From Gnetum montanum (lineage: Eukaryota > Plantae > Gnetophyta): 64,000 nucleotides of DNA. Below the pieces are notes generated by a model, which saw only the letters and a program-made list of their open reading frames with translations, did no database searches and was not told the DNA's origin. The stretch lies in contig MNCI01001630.1 of the NCBI GenBank assembly GCA_015680685.1, positions 1,004,975 through 1,068,974 on the forward strand. Direction: 5' to 3'. Shown here in pieces: positions 25,201 through 36,982 of the stretch (position 1 is its first letter; every line of letters begins with the position of its first letter). The position numbers and the translations under genes are program-made.

Positions 25201-27269
25201 GCCAGCCACAAACTTGACAACGTTCAAAGGCCCTAGAGAATTGCCTAGGATAATTGACAATAGCATCGTTGGTTTGGCCTAGCACCGTGGCACGAAGAGT
25301 GGGGCCCACCATGAATGCCTCCAAGGCTGTGCATGCTAAGGCAAGCCCGCTATCATCCTCATGCAATCCATGCTCAGCAAAATGAGGCCTGCGAAAGAAA
25401 AAGTATTCATAAGTAAACAATGATATAACGTTAAAGGAACCAAGGTTACCACAAGTATAAAAGAGCATACTTGTCTACTTTGTATACTATTTTAGGCAGA
25501 TTTTAGAATAGTGTATGTACACGGCAGGCTAGAAAAAGTGTGCTACTACTGTTGTAGTGGCTCTAAGACGGTAATCCCCACACACGGGTTAAAGGACATG
25601 TAGACCTAGGACCTTCAGGAGCACCTCCTTCGACTATATATGGTCCCTCATCTATGTCAACAACACAAGCTAACATGCCTCATGTTGAACCAGGCAACAT
25701 GGTGTCAACAATATCACGAGTCAGCTGCTCACTCAAATGAGACCATATGACAACGTTGAAATTCTGTAAAATAAATGATAAAAATGCACCAACATTCGGA
25801 CGAAACCATATTACATGCACCCTGATCTGCATGTCATAACTTGGCATTTTTGATTCTAAAGGGCCAAACCAAGATAGCACACCAACAAGTTTGACCACAA
25901 GGAGAAAAGGCTTAGGTCCCCTGCATAGAGCCAGAAAACTTAGGTAAGTAACTTAAAACATATAAACTAAAATAAATAAATAAATAAATAAATAAACCTA
26001 ATAAGTAAATAACATTCAACACACACACAAAACCACCCTATGAGACATGGACATCAATGTTTATTTGATGTATTTAACGCTCGCTGGGGTACATCTAAAT
26101 TTTTTTTTTCACGGTAAACCAACAAACAAGTGCAAATGCAAAACATGTACATTTACTGTCTAACCCAAGAAAATAAAAACAAAAGGGTACAAATAACTAG
26201 CAACACCGAGAAAATAAGTTACTCATGTGCTAGTTCTAGGGAATTCACGTTGTAGTGCACGTTGCAGTAAAAGTGATAGGGGAATTCACTCACGACGCAG
26301 CTCACGTTGCAACCCACAAACACGGCTCACGTTGCAACTCACACAGTGGTATAACTCATGCTGCCAAAGCATCTAATTCTAGAGAATAGCTCACACTGCC
26401 CACACTACAAAAATTGCAAATTTCCCTGGGATGCTCATGCCCACACCGCAAAAATCAGTTTTCTTCGGGCACTCACGCCCAGGAAAAAATCGACAAAAAT
26501 TAGTTTTCTCTGGATGCTCATACCCTACCCCTCCTAGATGCCCACATTCATCCTACACCTTGCACTCTCTGATAGCACACAATGAGCTTGCCTTGCATTC
26601 CCCTGTCCTTCCTCTCTACAGCAGCTCACGCCATGCCTGGCATCTCATCAACATTAACACCAAACTTACCACTTTGCACGTGCTCGATAACGTCGCACAA
26701 AACCCTCAACCACCATGCTATCCAAATCCCCTTAGAACCCCCGTGCACGCTTTACATACTCATGCACCCAACTCACGTCCTCATCACTCATGCCCTCACC
26801 ACTCACGTTGGGCATGCCTTGGTTACTCACGCCAACGAATAAATCACACCAAAAACTAGAAATTTCATAGGTTTGAGCATGCCCTAGCCATCACTCACAT
26901 TGCTCATGCCATTGCCAAAAATGAAAAACAACAACCACAAAAGAATGCCAAACTCCAAAACCCCTAGAATGTCCCTGATGCCAAAAATTCACAGCAACGA
27001 GAAAAACCACAATACAAACCCTAGAATTCAGCAAAATTTTCACTTTGCAAAATGGAAAAAATAGTAGCCCTAATGGCTTATGCTGTGCTTCTACTACAAT
27101 AGAATGCCGTGGAACAAGAATGAAAGAAAAACATACTTGCACGGAGTCCCCGCCCATGATGAGATGTTGGGTTGAGGAAGGAGTTGAAGCAGTTGCTCGC
27201 TCTCCTCTATGAATGATAAGCTAGCTTGCTTCTTCTCCTTGCCTTGGTTTGATTTCTCTTTCCCCTTCA
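22217..27269 (-). pseudogene. Spliced antisense accessory gene inside the Tat element (decayed, unknown function)
   Basis: Minus-strand coding-like blocks separated by short AT-rich GT-AG introns. Approximate exons 25388-25117, 25018-23972, 23877-23574, 23499-23296, 23203-22425 and 22306-22217 (ends ...EEFADQPPPNTNA*). A possible first exon lies at 27269-27137. Confidence 0.7.
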
Positions 27270-27618
27270 TTGTTGCCAACTCTACTCATGCTCTGTACCG
27301 TGGTAGCAACGTCGCACATGCCACTCACGCTATGTACCATGGTCACGCTTCTTCTTACTCATGCTGCTCATGCTATGGAAGTTTACTCACGCTAGCCATG
27401 CCGTCTCTCCAAACAAAGACACAAATGACATTCCTTCACTTTTAAGCTTCTTTTAACCCCCTCCTTATTCATCCATTTCATTTTATTTTATTTTTCATCC
27501 ATGTTATGATTACCTTGTGCCTTATTTTTGTTTTATTTTTCATTATGATTATATTTTGTTGCAGCACTATATACACCTATGTATAACACAAAAAAAAATA
27601 TAAAGAAAGGATATCACT

Positions 27619-27671
27619 AGCCCTATATGGCCTAAAACTGCTATGGATGGCCCAGTATGGCCTAAAACTGC
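27619..27671 (+). ncRNA. Two coremin-like hairpin-TAAAACTG motifs upstream of the RT ORF
   Basis: AGCC-CTATAT-GGCC-TAAAACTGC and GGCC-CAGTAT-GGCC-TAAAACTGC. Confidence 0.45.
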
Positions 27672-27790
27672 CATTACATTCCATAATTTTATTAGGCTAA
27701 TCACGTGAAACTCATCTACGTTTAAAAACCTTCTTCATCAAGAAAATGTTGCTCACTTCGCTCCCAGTTTAAATTGGCAGGAACAAGCAT

Positions 27791-30700
27791 ATGGATAGCA
27801 AGAACCTCTTTTCAACGTTGTTTATCAATGGACCTCATGGGCCCATAAAAAGAGCGATTAATCTAGGATCCTTAGATCTAGAATCATCTACTTACGCTAA
27901 CTTCATGGCATCCACTCAAGAAACATCAGACTGCCCCGAGGGTAGGACTAAAACTTTGGACGTAGAAGCCAACAACATCACTGAAGATCCCCTCGTTGAA
28001 GTCCCCATTACTATGTCTAGTGGCGAAGTTAAAACATTAAAATTGAGTACTCTACTAAATCCACAACTTGCCATTGACATTACACAAGTGCTCAAGAACA
28101 ACATCAAAACATTCGCTTGGTCATATATTGATATGCCAGGATTGGACCCTCAAATCATCCAGCATAACATCATCCTCGATGAAAAACTTAGACTAGTAAA
28201 GCAAAAAGCACGAAAGGTTAAACCTGAGGTAGTGTTGGCAGTTCATAATGAAATCATGAAGCTCTACCAAGCCAGTTTCATCTGAGCTATTGACTATGCT
28301 GATTGGGTATCCAACATTGTTGTAGTCCCCAAGAAGAACGACAGCATTCGCATATGCATTGATTTCCATGACCTCAACATAGCCACTATAAAGGATGACT
28401 TCTCACTACCTAGTATTGATCAAGTCATTAACTCAACTATTGGGCATGCCTTGTTATCCTTTATGGATAGCTTCTCAGGATACAACCAAATCAGGATCAA
28501 CCTAGAACACTAACTCAGGACAACGTTCATGACACCTTGGGGCACGTTCTGTTATACAATGATGCCATTCGGTCTAAAAAATGCAGGTGCTACATATTAG
28601 CAAGTAATGAAATATATATTTAGCTATTATATGCTTGATTCTCTCAATGATTATGTAGAAGACATCGCAATCAAGTCAAAAATAACCGAGCAACACGCAA
28701 AGGACTTAGACCTGATACTCAAACGTTACCTCAAATATGACCTTAGACTTAACCCAAAGAAATGCATCTTTGGAGTCAAAATGGGAAAAATGCTTGGCTT
28801 CATAGTCTCAGAAATAGGGATACGAGTAGACCCCAATAAGGTTATAGCAATAACCAGCATGCAACTACCTAGGAACCTTACCGAATTACGTGGTCTACAA
28901 GGTAGACTACAATTCATCAGATGCTTTATCGCAAAACTCATAGATAAGCTGAAACCCATGCAGCACTTACAACGAAAGAATGCCCATTTTCAATGGACTC
29001 AAAATTGCCAAGAAGCCTTTGAGAACATAAAAATAGAACTGGCTCAACTGCCGATAGTTCATCCCCCACAAAGCAATAAACCTTTTTACATCTACCTCAC
29101 GACATCTGATTTATTTATTGTGTCTATCGTTGTCAAAAATGAGAAGATGGAATCGAGATCCCCGTTTACTATTTAAGCCACGCCTTAGTTGCCTATCAAC
29201 AATGATACAACGACATGGAAAGGTCATGTCTTGCCCTTGTATTTTCCTTGAAAAAGTGGCGACATTACCTCTTCCACAATCAAGTCAATATCATTTGCAA
29301 AGACAACGTGCTTCGAGCTATCGCCAACAACATCTATGAATAAAGTGGGATAGCTAGATGGAAGGTAATGATTGTAGAGTTTGACCTACCCTATGTAGCT
29401 CAATCCTCCACTAAAGGTCAAGTAGTAGTCAACCAATTGATCACTTCATCAACACAAGATCAAGTGATGATCAATCCCGAATTCCCAGATGAGAATATTA
29501 ACAGCATAGACATAGTGCCCAATAACTATGATATAATCCTGTACTTCAATGGAGCATCCACCTCCCGAGGAGGAAGTGCTGTAGTTGTCATAATGTATCC
29601 CTCTAGAGAAATTCACCCTTTGCCTATCGACTCAACTTCCCTTGTACCAACAACATGGAAGAGTACGAAGGTCTTCTTAGAGGTCTTAGAGCAGCACTAA
29701 CTTTGGGAATCACTTATCTTGTAGTTCGAGGCGACTCATAGTTATTACTCAATCAAGTCATAGAGTTTTATGCATGCAAAGCTTCTCATTTGTAACCATA
29801 CTGTGACCTGACTAAACACTTGCTAAAACAATTGATCAACGTAGATGTGGAACATATTCCTAGAAACAAAAATACCATTGCCGACGCACTTGCTACACTA
29901 GCCTTAAATGTGACACCTGAGATGTTCCATGTGTTGCCTAGTTCCATAACAAATTGTGCCAAACCCATAACTGATGCTCCCAAAGAAATACCCATAGCGT
30001 CCATTAGCACTACATAAGTAATAGAATGGTATGATGACATAAAAGAGTACCTTCAACAAGGCGAACCACCACAACACTTGACAAGTGCCCAAAAGGAGGC
30101 GGTGTGAAAACACTCTAAAAATATGCATTAATAGGAGACACATTGTGTCATAGATCCTATGAAGGCATTCTATTGATGTGCATCAGTAGCGTTGATAGCC
30201 AAACAATCGTGGAACAGGTTCACGAAGGACTTTGCGGAGGGCATATAACACCCAAAGCAATGTAAACTAAAATTAGACATTTAGGCTACTACTGGCCACA
30301 CATGGAGTATGATTGCTCCTCTAGGGTCAAGAAATGTAACATTTTCCAAAGGCACAGTAACTTAATACATGTGCCACCTAATGAGTTGCATACGACACAA
30401 ATCACATGGAAGGTGATGATTGCAGAGTTTGACCTACGCTATGTAGCTCAATCCTCCACTAAAGGTCAAGTAGTAGTCAACCAATTGATCACTTCACCAA
30501 CACAAGATCAAGCGATGATCAATCCCGAATTCCCTGATGAGAATATTAACAACATAGACACAGTGCCCGATAACTACGATGCAATCTTGTACTTCGATGG
30601 AGCATCCACCTCCCGAGGAGGAAGTGTTGTAGCTATCATAATGTATCCCTCTAGAGAAATTCACCCTTTGCCTATCAACTCAACTTCCCTTGTACCAACA

Positions 30701-32316
30701 ATGTGGAAGAGCACAAAGGTCTTCTTAGAGGTCTTAGAGCAGCACTAACTTTGGGAATCACATGTCTTGTAGTTTGAGGCAACTTACAGTTAGTACTTAA
30801 TCAAGTCACAAAGGTTTATGCATGCAAAGCTTCTCATTTGCAACCATACTATGACCTAACTAAACACTTGCTAAAATAATTGATCAACATAGATGTGCAA
30901 CATATTCCTAGAAATGACAATACCATTGCTAATGAACTTGCTACACTAGCCTTAAACGTGACACCTGAGATGTTCCATGCATTGCATAGTTCCATAAAAA
31001 ATTGTGCCAAACCCATAACCGATGCTCTCGATGAAATACCCATAGCATCCATTAGCACTACACAAGCAATAGAATGGTATGATGACATAAAAGAGTACCT
31101 TCAATAAGGCAAATCGCCACAACACTTGACATGTGCCCAAAAGGATGCGGTGCAAAAATGCTCTTGGAAATATGCATTAATTGGAGACACATTGTGTCAT
31201 AGATCATATGAAGGCATTCTGTTGATGTGCGTTAGTAGCGTTGACAGCCAAACAATCATGGAACAGGTTCACGAAGGACTTTGTGGAGGGAATATAGCAC
31301 CCAAAGCAATGGCAACGAAAATTAGACATTTAGGCTACTACTGGCAACACATGGAGTACGATTGCTCCTCCAAGGTTAAGAAATGTAATATTTTCCCAAG
31401 GCATAGTAAGCTAATACATGTGCCACCCAATGAGTTGCATATGACAAAAATCACATGGTCATTCTAGAAATGGGGATTAGACATCATTGGGTCGATAACA
31501 TCGCCATCTTCAACTAGACATAGCTTCATGATCACTGCAATTGAATATTTCACAAAATGGGTAGAAGCTATCCCCCTTAGGAAGACCACATCTAAACATG
31601 TTTGCAATTTCATATTAGAAAACATCATGACCCGCTTTGGTATCCCAATGATCATAGTTACCGTTAATGGGCCACAGTTCAGTAGTGCGGATACTAAAAG
31701 CTTCTGTGAAAGCCTAGGTATTAAAAACTCATTTTCATCACCATATTACCCACAGAGAAATGGTTAAGCAAAGTCTATGAATAAAATGACCATCATGGTG
31801 CTCAAAAAGATGTTGAATCAAAGCAAGAGATGATGGCACGAGTAGTTAATCTATGCATTATGGGCATATCGAACAACGCATCGAACGTCCACAGGTAAAA
31901 CACCATATAGCCTTGTATACGAGTTTGAAGTTGTGTTACCTTTGGAGTTACAGGTTCCCTCATTGCAGATAACACTCTCCAGCCTCCTTGATGAAAGCCA
32001 GAACAACGAGCTATGCATTGCTAGCCTTGACTCAGTGGAGGAAGAAAGGGTACGAGTGCTTAACCAAATTGAATGGTACCAGAGACAACAACAGCAACGT
32101 CATCAACACGATCCACATAAGCAGCTGATCAAGGAAGGTGACCTAGTTCTCAAGGTGGTCCGTGAACACTCAGAAAAATTCTCAACTAACTGGGAAGGGC
32201 CTTACCTAGTCATCAAGGCATATGATAATAGGGCATTCAAACTCATCGACATGGATGGAAATGAGTTCGCCAATCCTACAAATCATGTGTACCTGAAACC
32301 ATTCTACGTAGGATGA
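27791..32316 (+). pseudogene. Tat pol: RT, RNase H, archaeal-type RNase H (duplicated) and integrase, with stops and frameshifts
   Basis: FAWSYIDMPGLDP, WVSNIVVVPKK, MPFGLKNAGATY, DYVEDI (decayed YVDD), LNPKKCIFG, ILYF(N/D)GAS...GDS...HIPRNKNTIADALA, VHEGLCGG...C..C, EYFTKWVEAIPL, SSPYYPQRNG, NWEGPY...N..YLKPFY*. Confidence 0.93.
29358..31454 (+). repeat. Tandem duplication (~1048/1049 bp units) of aRH plus integrase zinc finger
   Basis: Unit 1 is 29358-30405 and unit 2 is 30406-31454. ATGG microhomology at 29358, 30406 and 31455. Confidence 0.92.
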
Positions 32317-32333
32317 GCTGAAGGTACATCTCG

Positions 32334-32637
32334 ATCCTAGCATCACGACCTAAAAATGATACCACAGAATAGTCCTGGAGCTATGACTTAAAACTAGCAC
32401 CACAGAATGTCCTGGCGTCATGATAGTAAATTGACACCACAGAGCTTTGTCTGGTATGACACTAAACTGCCATGCTTGTCCACCAGAGTCCACTAAGACT
32501 ATAAACTAGCTTGCCTCTTCATAGTCTACCACAACTATAAACTAGCATTGCACCGTCCGCTATGATGCTAAACTAGCACTGTCCAAACGGTTATGACATA
32601 AAACTAACCCACAATAGTCTACTAAGACTATAAATTG
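32334..32637 (+). ncRNA. Array of about nine coremin-like hairpin-TAAACT motifs at the start of the Tat 3' UTR
   Basis: Consensus GTC-N(6-11)-GAC-NN-(T/A)AAACT(A/G) repeated with variable spacers, starting 18 nt after the integrase stop. Confidence 0.55.
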
Positions 32638-33843
32638 ATGACATCATTGATGACCAGGCACAAATTGAAAAGATGTGTTGCTGCAATTAGTTGTACATGT
32701 TCCAAAAAGACTTGCTACATGATTCATCTCATGGACCTTCATAAAACTGATGTTGTTCAAAGATTTTGTTTGCCTTGAAACTTCACATGATGGCTCCATT
32801 TCATCGGCTACATTCAAGTTTAAAGTGTTTAGCTAACTGAGTCATTTTTAGTTTTCTTGTCTCCTTGGAGTTGTTTTTTCAGGATGACATGCTTGAGGTG
32901 TTCGTGCACAGATACACTTCATCATGACGACAAGGTATCACATTCTTCCTGACGCTTCGCAACTGGGTTAATCAATCTGCTCATAAGTACATTTCCAACT
33001 CCTGATGCATTCCCTATTCCTCATCATGTTCTCCTTAACTTACTTAGTTACAATCCCTGGATACAATATTCATCCCAAAACTCTAAATGCATAGTTGCAC
33101 ATTGTAACTCTCTAAGTAGTTGCAATGCAAAGCATAGAACCCAGTACATGACACAAAATGCCAGTGCTCAAACACAAGCACAGAAAAAAATGAAAGCTTG
33201 TTAAAAAGAAAAAAGAAAAATAAAATAAAAGAAAAGAAAAGGATAAAAGAAAGAAAAACAAAGGAAAAGAAGAAACAAACAACAAAAAGAAAGAAAAAGA
33301 ACAAAAAGGTCAAAGAGCAAAATGCATGGAAAAGGTCTTCATGACCCAGTTGACATCATAGACTAAAGACCATTGGCTCTTCTTAAACAAGCCCTAGGCG
33401 AGAAGGTAATTATCTTGGAAAAACACTTGTGTCTCAAATGATCATGTTGCACATCATCGTGTGGCTTTGGCTGTTTATAACGGGCTCCCTTAAATATGAC
33501 ACGAGGGTCCCGTTTCCCTAAAGAATGCACCTCCTATGCCTTGGTTCCAAGTCTGCTATACATTGGCTGTTGACAACAACCAAAACTAGCTCATTCACAT
33601 GAGAGCATTCCTCTCCCGCAGTTTGAACAACGACACCCTTTGGTCAATCCCTAATCCTCTAGTTACAACCTTCTTTCCTTAAACTAAATTTTCCTCAATC
33701 CAATGTACTTTTGAACATGGTGCGATGACATCCAAATAGGGGCCAAAGGATAATGCTTGGTACTTGGTTGTTCATGGTTTTTTGTGCTTCTTTGTCGATG
33801 CCTCTCGGGTGGCTTCCTCCAAACATCAACAAAGAGGGACCAA

Positions 33844-35937
33844 TGAAATACAACAAAATTTCAGCTCAACACTTTGAGATAAGAATAATTTAGAGCCTCT
33901 TGAGTCTTGGGAGGAAAAAATTTGACTAAGGCATGGAACTCACACTCAACTTGTCAAGCTAGCTTACCCACACTCAGCTTGCTCATGTTGTCAAGCTAAC
34001 TAGACCTCAACATGACCAACCATGACAACTTCCAAACCAAGTCTAAACAGTTTGAATTCGAGCATGTGGACTCCCCTTGAGCTTCACTGATGTTCATTAT
34101 AGTCCTCAACCTCCAAAACCTCGAAGATTAAGCTCAAAATCACATGATTTGTTTACTCATGCCCAGGTCACGCTGGGGTCATGCTAAGGTCACGCTAACA
34201 ACATGAGCATAGCGTGACCAAACGAAAATAGATCAAATTAAGCAATCCCAAGCATAATTTTCAGCATCAACTCAACCCCAAAGGACAGGCAATATTTTTA
34301 CTTGTTCGCAGGCTCCAAAAAATCAAAGGTTGGGTATGAAACACGACATTTTTACTTGGTCACGCTGGGGTAATGCCGAGCTCATGCTGATAGCATGAGC
34401 CTAGCGTGACTTGTCGAAAGTCACTCAAATCAACACAAGAACAGACTCAAATTTAGCGTCTAGGCCACCCTAGAGAGCAGGCAGTAGTTACACTTCAAAG
34501 AACAGGCATCAGAGGTCGAAATTTAGCTCAAAATATGTCATTTCCAGTTGGTCATGCTAAGGTCACGCTGGGGTCACACTGAGCTCATGTTGACAGCATG
34601 AACCTAGCGTGAGCTTCCAAAATGGCCCAAATCCAAGCACAGACAAGCTCAAATTAAATATACAAGACATCCTCAAGAGTAGGCAATAGTTGCACTTCAA
34701 AGAACAGGTGTCAAAGGTTGAAATTCATCTTAAAATGTGTCACTTCTAGTTGGTCATGCTGAGGTCATGCTGAGCTCACGTTGACAATGTGAACCCATCA
34801 TGAGCTGCCAAAATGGCTCAAATCCAAGCACAGATAGGCTAAAATTAAATAAATAGGATGTCCTCAAGGTCAGGTAACAGTTGCACTTCAAACAAAAGTC
34901 TTAAAGGTAGAATTTTTGCACAAAACACATCATTTTTGGTCATGCCCGCTGTGGTCATGCTGGGGTCATGTTGAGGTCACACTGGCAGCATGAGCCCAAC
35001 ATGAGCACTAGTCATGACCAAGCAAAACATGTCAGACACACACCGAGGACATGCCAGGATGAGATCAATGCATGCTGGTGATCTTGATGAAGCAAAAACA
35101 TTTCCAGCAGCAGCCAGGTCATAGATCCTAAAATTATAAGCGAGTTGGAGGCTAGATCTCTTATTGTACATTATCAATCATTGTAAAATTTTCACATTTT
35201 CTTTAAGCTTGTCAAGCTCTTATGCTACAAATTGTACATGAGTGTAAGCCAACTTGCACAAGCTAGAATCGATTATAAGATATAGTGCATCTAGTCTAGA
35301 ACATAGTCTGCCCATGTACACCTGTCACACTATCTGTTTTTCTCGGATCTCATAGTCATTGACCTCATTCGCAAATCCTACTTCCAAGCCTAGAAAAATG
35401 TATAAATACCTTGTTCATTGACATAAAAGGGGTTGGCAAAAATTTGGAAAAGAAAACCAGCAATCCTAAGCCTGGACACATGTGATCCCTAGCACCTACA
35501 AACACCACACATCAGAGCTTAACATCTGACTTGCAATCCAGACTTGCAACTACGTTTTGACCGGTGCACATTTTGTTAATTAATATAATACAGTTTCACT
35601 TTTGCCTTCCATTGTGCTGTTTTGGTTCATTGTCTCTGTTATCCCGTTTTATTGCATGCTTCTACATACATTTTTTGTACGTTTACACACTATATTTCAC
35701 ATTTACATTATGTTGCATTATGCTCTTTGTTTTACATTTCGCGACGATAACCCCAGTGCAGGCCATAGCGTATGCTCAGGGAAGTCCTTGGTTGATCTGC
35801 ATGTAGACCATCCAAGTCACTCTGCCTCCATTTTTTTGTAGCTTGCCCTTGCACAAAGGCAGGGTCATCTGTATCTCTCCAGAGATCTTCAGTGTTCATT
35901 TTCCTCCAGCCTTACGTCGATGATTTCAGACAGTACA
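33844..35937 (+). repeat. 3' LTR of the Tat element (~2.1 kb) with internal ~190-200 bp repeats
   Basis: Follows PPT-like AAAGAGGGACCAA (33831-33843), starts TG and ends GTACA. Internal units recur at ~34481, ~34683 and ~34873. The 5' boundary is inferred from the PPT. Confidence 0.8.
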
Positions 35938-36982
35938 GACACTATTGTGGTGATGGTGATCCACCTTCTCCTCCATCCTCTTCATTTGATTCTGAAAATT
36001 TTTCATCATCTGTTGGTTCTCATAGAAGCCACCATCAAAATCATCGTGATGAAGATAATCAATAGGACAACAATGACCATGAAGGCCACCAAGACTGAAG
36101 GGGTTACTAAAACCATCATCGATGTCATTGATGCAGTGATGATGATGAACCTCTAATGGCAACACGAAGCATGCTCAACATTGTAGAGGTAGTAAAGATC
36201 ACAACCAAGCATGTGAAAGATAGTATGATTAATCACTTAGACATGAATAATATCCCAAGATTTGAGGGGGGATACAACTCTAATCCATAGACACATTTAC
36301 AAGCTTTCCATGATGCCTATGCCTTACAAAACATAGAAAATGAGTGGTAGAAACTCAATCTCTTTCCTAGGACACTTATCAAGGAAGTTGAAAGTTTGTA
36401 CTAGTCCTTGGAGCTAGAATCTATCCATAGATGGAGTACCATGTTGGAGCTATTCAACAAAAAATATTATTCAAGGATGGAGCCAAGGAACACATGAACC
36501 CTTGGATGATGCTATGGATAAATATTATTTACTCTTACATCGATGCCCTAGCCATGGTTATTGTTAGAGGGAACAACTTCGCCACATCATAGATGGGCTT
36601 AGGAAAGAAACTGGAAGAACTCTTGGGATGTATTCCTAAGGGAGACTATCTAAACTAAGATATCATTAGATGAAAAGGTTGATAGAGTAGGTAGCAAAAG
36701 AATAAGGTGAGTTGCGAAAGAGGGAAAGTATAGAAGAATATAATAGGGACCCTTCCATCATGAAATAGGAGGTCCAATTTTGTGATGAGGAGTCACCACT
36801 CGATGAAGTGGTGAATAGGAAAACTTTGCCCATCCAAAAATTTGTGTCTAATATTTTGGAAAAGGTTGTTAAATTATGGGACTCTTTGGATGAAAAATTC
36901 CAAATTACTATCAAGGTTGTTGAAGAATCCAAAGAGAAAAATAGTGATCATCACTGCAAGAGATGAAAAGAAGCTAAACGTG

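Larger units (their letters stand above)
16232..35937 (+). mobile_element. Tat-lineage Ty3/gypsy LTR retrotransposon (~20 kb, decayed), 5' LTR truncated
   Basis: Paired LTRs both ending GACAGTACA (17459, 35937), tRNA-Asn PBS, gag, protease, RT, RH, additional archaeal-type RNase H, integrase and PPT in gypsy order. Confidence 0.92.

Noticed and set aside
32334-32637. CRISPR-like repeat-spacer appearance
   Set aside because: Eukaryotic retrotransposon context, degenerate repeats, short irregular spacers and no cas genes. Better explained as structured RNA motifs.
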